The position numbers and the translations under genes were made by a program. From assembly GCA_025356655.1 (NCBI GenBank), contig JANXRW010000070.1:16620-80619 (forward strand): a stretch of 64,000 bases of DNA, read 5' to 3'. Source of the stretch: Betaproteobacteria bacterium. Its GTDB lineage: Bacteria; Pseudomonadota; Gammaproteobacteria; Burkholderiales; SHXO01. Shown piece by piece: positions 56,577 through 64,000 of the stretch. Position 1 is the first letter of the stretch. Each line of letters begins with the position of its first letter. The notes under the pieces are model-generated. The model was not told the origin of the DNA. It did not search any database and saw nothing but the letters and a program-made list of their open reading frames with translations.

Positions 56577-57271
56577 TGCTCGACGTGCGTGATCTGCATG
56601 CCTACTACGGCAAGAGCCACATTCTGCACGGCGTGGACATGAAGGTGGCCGAGGGGGAGATCGTGAGCCTGCTCGGGCGAAATGGCGCGGGCCGCTCGAC
56701 CACCATCAAGGCCATCCTCGGGCAGGTGGTGCTGGAGGGCTCGGTACGCTTCCGGGGAGAGGAGATGGCCGGCCTCAAGACCTTCCAGATCGCTCGCAAG
56801 GGCGTGGGCTACGTCCCAGAAAACCGCGACATCTTCCCCACGCTCACGGTGCGACAAAACCTCGTACTGGGCATGAAGGGGACGCGTGAGCGCGGCCGCT
56901 GGAAACTCGATGACATGTATCGGCTTTTTCCGGTCCTGAAGCAGCGAGCCGACGCGCCTGCTGGAGTGATGTCCGGCGGCGAGCAGCAGATGCTCACCCT
57001 GTGCCGTACCCTGATGGGTGACCCCGATCTGGTGATGATCGACGAGCCCACCGAAGGGCTCGCCCCGCGTATCGTGGAGCAGGTGGCGGAGCTCTTCGAC
57101 GAGATGAAGAGCCGCGGTGTCTCCATCCTGCTCGTGGAGCAGAAACTCGCCATCGCGTTGCGCATCTCGCAGCGCCTCTACGTCATGGGACATGGCCGCA
57201 TCGTCTTCGAGGGCACGCCCCAGGAACTGCGGACCGACGATTCCGTGCGCAAGGAGTGGCTCGAGGTCTGA
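56576..57271 (+). CDS. LIV-family ABC ATPase (LivF-like)
   Basis: GRNGAGRSTT, MSGGEQQML, DEPTEGLAP, LVEQ. Confidence 0.93.
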   Translation: MLDVRDLHAYYGKSHILHGVDMKVAEGEIVSLLGRNGAGRSTTIKAILGQVVLEGSVRFRGEEMAGLKTFQIARKGVGYVPENRDIFPTLTVRQNLVLGMKGTRERGRWKLDDMYRLFPVLKQRADAPAGVMSGGEQQMLTLCRTLMGDPDLVMIDEPTEGLAPRIVEQVAELFDEMKSRGVSILLVEQKLAIALRISQRLYVMGHGRIVFEGTPQELRTDDSVRKEWLEV

Positions 57272-57318
57272 GCCCCGCCGCAGCCCCCTCCCGTCGCAGT
57301 AATTGTGAGGATCTATCC

Positions 57319-59424
<2,106 letters not shown>

Positions 59425-59468
59425 CCGGGGCGACCCGCGACCTGAGCGGCCAACCAAAGGAATCGGAT

Positions 59469-59990
59469 ATGCGCATGATCAGAAGGCTTTCGCTCGCGGC
59501 ACTCTTGGTGTTGGTTGCGGCCTGCGGCCCGACCGCGAAGCGGCCGGAGCCCGGCCCGCAGCCCTCTGCTTCCCGAGTCGAGGCGCAGGTGGTGGAACTC
59601 ACTAACCGCTTTCGCCACGAGCAAGGCCTCCCGCCCCTGGCCGTGAGCGCCCCGCTAGCCGCCGTGGCGCACCGCCACGCCGCCAACATGGCGCGGCGCA
59701 ATCGCTACGGCGACAGTGGCGACAACGGCCATGTCATGGATGGCAAGACGTATGAGGACCGCGCCCGGGAGGGAGGGTACGTCTTTGCCGCCCTGGCAGA
59801 GAATGTGGGAACGCTCTGGGGGAAGGAGATCCCCGCTGAGGAAATGGTGGAGAAATGGAAGCACTCCCCAGGTCATCGCGCCAACATGGTGAGCGACCGG
59901 GTGACGGAGATCGGCGTCGGTGCCGTCCCCAGCGCCGAGGGACACTGGTACCTCGTACAGGTGTTCGGCGGCCCGAAAGTGCCCCACTAA
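59469..59990 (+). CDS. CAP (SCP) domain lipoprotein
   Basis: Lipobox LVAAC; LTNRFR, HAANM, AENVG, WKHSPGHRANM, IGVG, VQVF. Confidence 0.88.
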   Translation: MRMIRRLSLAALLVLVAACGPTAKRPEPGPQPSASRVEAQVVELTNRFRHEQGLPPLAVSAPLAAVAHRHAANMARRNRYGDSGDNGHVMDGKTYEDRAREGGYVFAALAENVGTLWGKEIPAEEMVEKWKHSPGHRANMVSDRVTEIGVGAVPSAEGHWYLVQVFGGPKVPH

Positions 59991-60075
59991 GCCTCCGGGT
60001 TTTCCCCCCAGCTCGCGGGGGCGGCTGTTACGGGCCGCCCCGCAACCGGGCCCAATGCCCCCGCGGGCAGCGCGC

Positions 60076-60753
60076 CTAGCGCCGTCGGCGAAATACCGCA
60101 AAGCCGATGACGCCGGCCGCCAGCAAGGCGCTGGAGGTGGGTTCGGGTACGGCAGTCACCCCAAAATCTCCTCCTTGAAGGATGACCGGGGTGCCCGGTT
60201 GGGCGTCGAGGGGAGCAGCGGCGAGGCCACCCCCCGGTGTGAGGGCGACACCCCCGTCACAGGCGCCACCGCCGAAGGCGGCGCCGGCGGTACCCCAGGT
60301 GATCAGGCACCATCGGGGCGGCGCCCCAGGGCTCGTCGCGTCTCGGAAGAGTTCAAGTGAGGCGCTGTAATCGGCGTTGCTCACCGTGAGAGCGCGCACC
60401 CCGCCGGCGTCCGAGATGAAGGCTTTTTCGCCGGGGATATACTGAGGGGAGGGGCCGCTGGGTTGGTTGAAGTTGCAGTCCGAGGTCCCGCAAGCGGGTA
60501 CCAGACCTCCATCGAAAGTGGCGGTGAACAAATCCACATGGGCGTTCCCGCTTCCCAGCAGGTCCGGCGGCGCGACCCAGAAATCCCCCGTCCCGTCCAA
60601 CTGGGTGGGAATCGCTTGGTCGAAGAAGCTTAGCGAATAGTGTGTGTCGCCTGCCGGCGGCGTGGCTGCCTCTGCGCCGGTGCAAAGTGCCAGCACGGAG
60701 ATCGATGCGGCGCGCGCGATGACGCCGATATGCTTGCGGAAATAGGTGCCCAT
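60076..60753 (-). CDS. PEP-CTERM sorting-domain surface protein
   Basis: Signal peptide ending AEA; C-terminal VPEPTSSALLAAGVIGFAVFRRRR; GGAGG SD before ATG 60753. Confidence 0.88.
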   Translation of the reverse strand: MGTYFRKHIGVIARAASISVLALCTGAEAATPPAGDTHYSLSFFDQAIPTQLDGTGDFWVAPPDLLGSGNAHVDLFTATFDGGLVPACGTSDCNFNQPSGPSPQYIPGEKAFISDAGGVRALTVSNADYSASLELFRDATSPGAPPRWCLITWGTAGAAFGGGACDGGVALTPGGGLAAAPLDAQPGTPVILQGGDFGVTAVPEPTSSALLAAGVIGFAVFRRRR

Positions 60754-61034
60754 GGTGGCCTCCAATGGGGATTATGTCGGATAGGTGATACCCGGCCTGG
60801 GGAGATGATAACAAGCTCCGCCCGCCCCAAGGCTTTGTCGCGAGAGCATAACTCAATAGGGTGATCGCTGCAGCGCCTTCCGTGGAGGTCCTCGGGGTTG
60901 CGCTAGGCGCGGCGCTTTCCGCCAAGGGGACAAGCTTGTAAAGTGTCGAGTCGCCGCGCCAGTCCGGGCTCCTGGTGGCGCCCACAGGCGGCGCCCGGGA
61001 CCCAGCGCCGCCCTCGTCCAATTAGGAGAACACC

Positions 61035-62216
61035 ATGACCGACGCAGTGATCGTCGCCACTGCCCGAACCCCCATCGGCAAAGCCTACCGCGGCAGCCTC
61101 AACATGACCCACGGCGCGCAGTTAGGTGGCCACGCCGTGGCTCACGCCGTCGCCCGGGCCGGCATCGAGCCGGGCGAGGTGGAGGACGTGATCATGGGCT
61201 GCGCCATGCCCGAGGGGGCCACCGGCGAGAATATCGCCCGGCAGATCGCCTTGCGCGCCGGCCTGCCCGTTTCCGTGGGCGGGGTAACCGTGAATCGGTT
61301 CTGCAGTTCCGGGCTGCAGACCATCGTGATGGCGGCGCACCGCGTGCTGGTGGACCGGGTTCCGGTCATGGTCGCCGGCGGGCTGGAGTCCATCAGCTTG
61401 GTGCAGAACGAGCACAAGAACAACTTCCACGGGCGCGATCCGTGGCTCCTGGAGCACAAGCCCGAGATCTACCTGCCCATGATCCAGACGGCCGAGGTCG
61501 TGGCCCGCCGCTATGCAGTGAGCCGCGACACGCAGGATGAGTATGCCCTGCAGAGCCAGCAGCGCACCGCCGCTGGCCAGCAGGCCGGTCGATTCGATGC
61601 GGAGATCGTGCCCATAACGACGACCATGGCTGTGGTGGACAAGGCCACGGGCGCCACCTCGCTCAAGGAGGTGACCTTATCGCGCGATGAGGGCAACCGC
61701 CCCGATACCACGGCCGCCGGGCTCTCGAGTCTGAAGCCCGTGATCGATGGCGGCTTCATCACGGCGGGAAACGCGAGCCAACTCTCCGATGGCGCCTCGG
61801 CCTGCGTGGTGATGGACGGCAAACTCGCCGAGCGGCGCGGACTATCGCCGCTGGGGATCTTCCGCGGCTTCGCCACCGCTGGACTGGAGCCCGACGAAAT
61901 GGGCATCGGTCCGGTGTACGCCGTGCCCCGCCTGCTCGAGCGCGCCGGCCTTAAAATCGACGACATCGGCCTGTGGGAACTCAACGAGGCCTTCGCCGTG
62001 CAGGTGCTCTACAGCCGGGATCGCCTGGGTATCGACAACGACCGCCTGAACGTGGACGGCGGCGCCATCTCCATCGGTCACCCCTACGGAATGAGTGGCG
62101 CGCGCCTCCTTGGCCACGCGCTCATCGAGGGCAAGCGCCGAGGCGTGAAGTACGTGGTGGTCACCATGTGCATCGGGGGTGGCATGGGGGCCGCGGGCCT
62201 TTTCGAAGTCTGCTGA
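61035..62216 (+). CDS. Acetyl-CoA C-acyltransferase (thiolase, PimB-like)
   Basis: On the plus strand (track label is wrong). [25 protein letters not shown]; AGGAG SD. Confidence 0.95.
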   Translation: MTDAVIVATARTPIGKAYRGSLNMTHGAQLGGHAVAHAVARAGIEPGEVEDVIMGCAMPEGATGENIARQIALRAGLPVSVGGVTVNRFCSSGLQTIVMAAHRVLVDRVPVMVAGGLESISLVQNEHKNNFHGRDPWLLEHKPEIYLPMIQTAEVVARRYAVSRDTQDEYALQSQQRTAAGQQAGRFDAEIVPITTTMAVVDKATGATSLKEVTLSRDEGNRPDTTAAGLSSLKPVIDGGFITAGNASQLSDGASACVVMDGKLAERRGLSPLGIFRGFATAGLEPDEMGIGPVYAVPRLLERAGLKIDDIGLWELNEAFAVQVLYSRDRLGIDNDRLNVDGGAISIGHPYGMSGARLLGHALIEGKRRGVKYVVVTMCIGGGMGAAGLFEVC

Positions 62217-62234
62217 GCGCAATTCCCCTCAATT

Positions 62235-62269
62235 CCGTAGCCCGGGGCGCTGTGCGCCGGGGGCTACGG
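62235..62269. repeat. Intergenic GC-rich stem-loop between thiolase and acyl-CoA dehydrogenase
   Basis: CCGTAGCCC-GG-GGCGC-TGT-GCGCC-GG-GGGCTACGG; no U-tail. Confidence 0.55.
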
Positions 62270-62282
62270 GGATGGATTCTCC

Positions 62283-64000
62283 ATGGACAACCGACTGATC
62301 AACCGGCGCGACCTAGCCTTCCAGCTCTATGAGGTGCTGGAGGTGCAGGCGTTGACCCAGCGTGCCCGCTACGCCGACCACAGCCGGGAGACCTTCGAAG
62401 CGGCCATCGACACGGCGCTGCGCATCGCGCTCGACCACTTCGCCAGCCACAACCGCAAGGCCGACGAGCAGGAACCACGCTTCGATGGTGAGCGCGTGCA
62501 CCTCATCCCGGAAGTGGCGCAGGCCTTGAAAGCCTTTTGCGACGCCGGGTTGATGGCGGCGGCGCGGGATTACGACCAGGGCGGGATGCAATTGCCGGTC
62601 ACCGTGGCGCAGGCGCTGCTAGCCTTGTTCAACGCGGCCAATGTCTCCACCGCGGCCTACCCCTTTCTCACCATCGCCAACGCCAACCTGATCGCCGCCT
62701 TTGGCAGCGAAGAGCAGCGCCGGTTGTACCTCCCGCCACTACTCGATGGACGGTTCCTGGGGACCATGGCACTGACCGAGCCCCAGGCGGGCTCATCGCT
62801 GGCGGACCTGCGCACCAGCGCCGTGCCGGACGGGCCAGGGCGCTACCGGATCACCGGCAACAAGATCTACATCTCCGCGGGCGACCACGACCTCTCGGAG
62901 AACATCATCCACCTCGTCCTGGCGCGCCTGCGCGGCGCGCCGCCTGGCGTGCGGGGCATCTCTTTGTTCATCGTACCCAAGTACCTGTTGAACGAGGACG
63001 GCTCCCTGGCCGAGCGCAATGACGTGACCCTCGCGGGCCTGTTGCACAAGATGGGCTATCGCGGCACGACCTCCACGGTACTCAATTTCGGCGAGCGCGG
63101 CGGCGCCGTGGGTTATCTGGTGGGCGAGGCGAACCAAGGGCTGCGCTACATGTTCCACATGATGAACGAGGCGCGTATCGGCGTCGGACTGGGCGCTGCG
63201 ATGCTTGGCCTCACGGGCTACCTGCACGCCCTGGCCTACGCTCGTGAGCGCTTGCAGGGGCGGCCCCCGGGTGCCAAGGATCCGGCCGCGCCGCCGGTGC
63301 GCATCATCGAGCACGCGGACGTGCGGCGGATGTTGTTGGCGCAGAAGGCAGCCGTGGAAGGGGCGGTGGCGCTTTGTCTGTACGCCGCGCGCCTGGTCGA
63401 TGATCAGCAAAGCGCACCTGCACCGGCGCAACGCGAGGAGGCCCGCATGCTGCTGGAGGTGCTCACGCCGGTGGTGAAGGCCTGGCCCTCCGAGTACTGC
63501 CTGCGCGCCAACGCGCTGGCCATTCAGGTCCACGGTGGCGCCGGCTACACCCGGGATTTCCCCGTGGAGCAGTTCTACCGTGACAATCGCCTGAACCCCA
63601 TTCACGAGGGTACCAATGGCATCCAGGGGCTCGACTTGCTCGGGCGCAAGCTGGCCCTGGAGGACGGTAAGCCCTTCGCACTCCTGCTTGCGCGGCTGGG
63701 CGACGGTGCGCGCGCGGCCGTAGCGCAGCCGGCATTGCAGACGCACGGTGAAGCCCTGGCACGCGCAGCGCAGCGGCTCGCGTCGGTGAGCGAGTTGCTC
63801 CGGGGAACCCTGACGACCGATCCCGCGCAAGCCCTTGCCAATGCCAGCGTTTATCTGGAAGCGACCGGTCACGTGGTGATCGCCTGGATGTGGCTGCGCC
63901 AGGCCTTGGTGGCGCTGGCCGCCCTGCCCGGGGCCAGCGCCGGGGATGGGGACTTTTACCGCGGCAAACTTGCCGCCTGCCAGTACTTTTTCCGCTACGA
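62283..64000 (+). CDS. Acyl-CoA dehydrogenase, long DmdC-like family (runs off the window)
   Basis: Not in the track. MDNRLINRRDLAFQLYEV..., GTMALTEPQAGSSL, GNKIYIS, GISLFIVPK, MFHMMNEARIGVG, QVHGGAGY, NPIHEGTNGIQ. Confidence 0.93.
   Translation, partial: MDNRLINRRDLAFQLYEVLEVQALTQRARYADHSRETFEAAIDTALRIALDHFASHNRKADEQEPRFDGERVHLIPEVAQALKAFCDAGLMAAARDYDQGGMQLPVTVAQALLALFNAANVSTAAYPFLTIANANLIAAFGSEEQRRLYLPPLLDGRFLGTMALTEPQAGSSLADLRTSAVPDGPGRYRITGNKIYISAGDHDLSENIIHLVLARLRGAPPGVRGISLFIVPKYLLNEDGSLAERNDVTLAGLLHKMGYRGTTSTVLNFGERGGAVGYLVGEANQGLRYMFHMMNEARIGVGLGAAMLGLTGYLHALAYARERLQGRPPGAKDPAAPPVRIIEHADVRRMLLAQKAAVEGAVALCLYAARLVDDQQSAPAPAQREEARMLLEVLTPVVKAWPSEYCLRANALAIQVHGGAGYTRDFPVEQFYRDNRLNPIHEGTNGIQGLDLLGRKLALEDGKPFALLLARLGDGARAAVAQPALQTHGEALARAAQRLASVSELLRGTLTTDPAQALANASVYLEATGHVVIAWMWLRQALVALAALPGASAGDGDFYRGKLAACQYFFRY

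Noticed and set aside
60754-61034. sigma54 promoter and PrsR box expected upstream of the PEP-CTERM gene
   Set aside because: No GG-N10-GC element with a good consensus found; only weak partial matches.

Overview
GC-rich bacterial chromosome segment whose gene content and order point to a Betaproteobacterium. It is mostly housekeeping: rho-trxA/fdxA, recC-recB-(qor)-recD, queC, sodB, dut-coaBC, radC-rpmB-rpmG, purN-purM, hda, pcnB-folK-panC, and a CoA-ligase/LIV-type ABC/beta-oxidation cluster. No rRNA, tRNA, CRISPR or intact mobile element was seen. The most unusual part is 24.2-34.9 kb. A CHASE/PAS/GAF histidine kinase and two partner-switch response regulators sit behind a sigma28-like promoter. 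They are followed by a divergent PQQ dehydrogenase carrying the lanthanide-type D-x-D motif and an altered active site, an MxaJ/XoxJ-like periplasmic protein, a decayed rrf2/oxidoreductase pair, and a cytochrome c with a second CxxC. Other notable signals: queC can only start at a non-canonical CTG fused to the stop of an NMT1/THI5-type ABC binding protein; ybiB has a clear NtrC/sigma54 promoter; a decayed PAS gene lies between coaBC and radC. The supplied ORF track has wrong strand labels for at least 23710..24294 (really minus) and 61035..62216 (really plus). All family calls come from motif recognition, not database searches.
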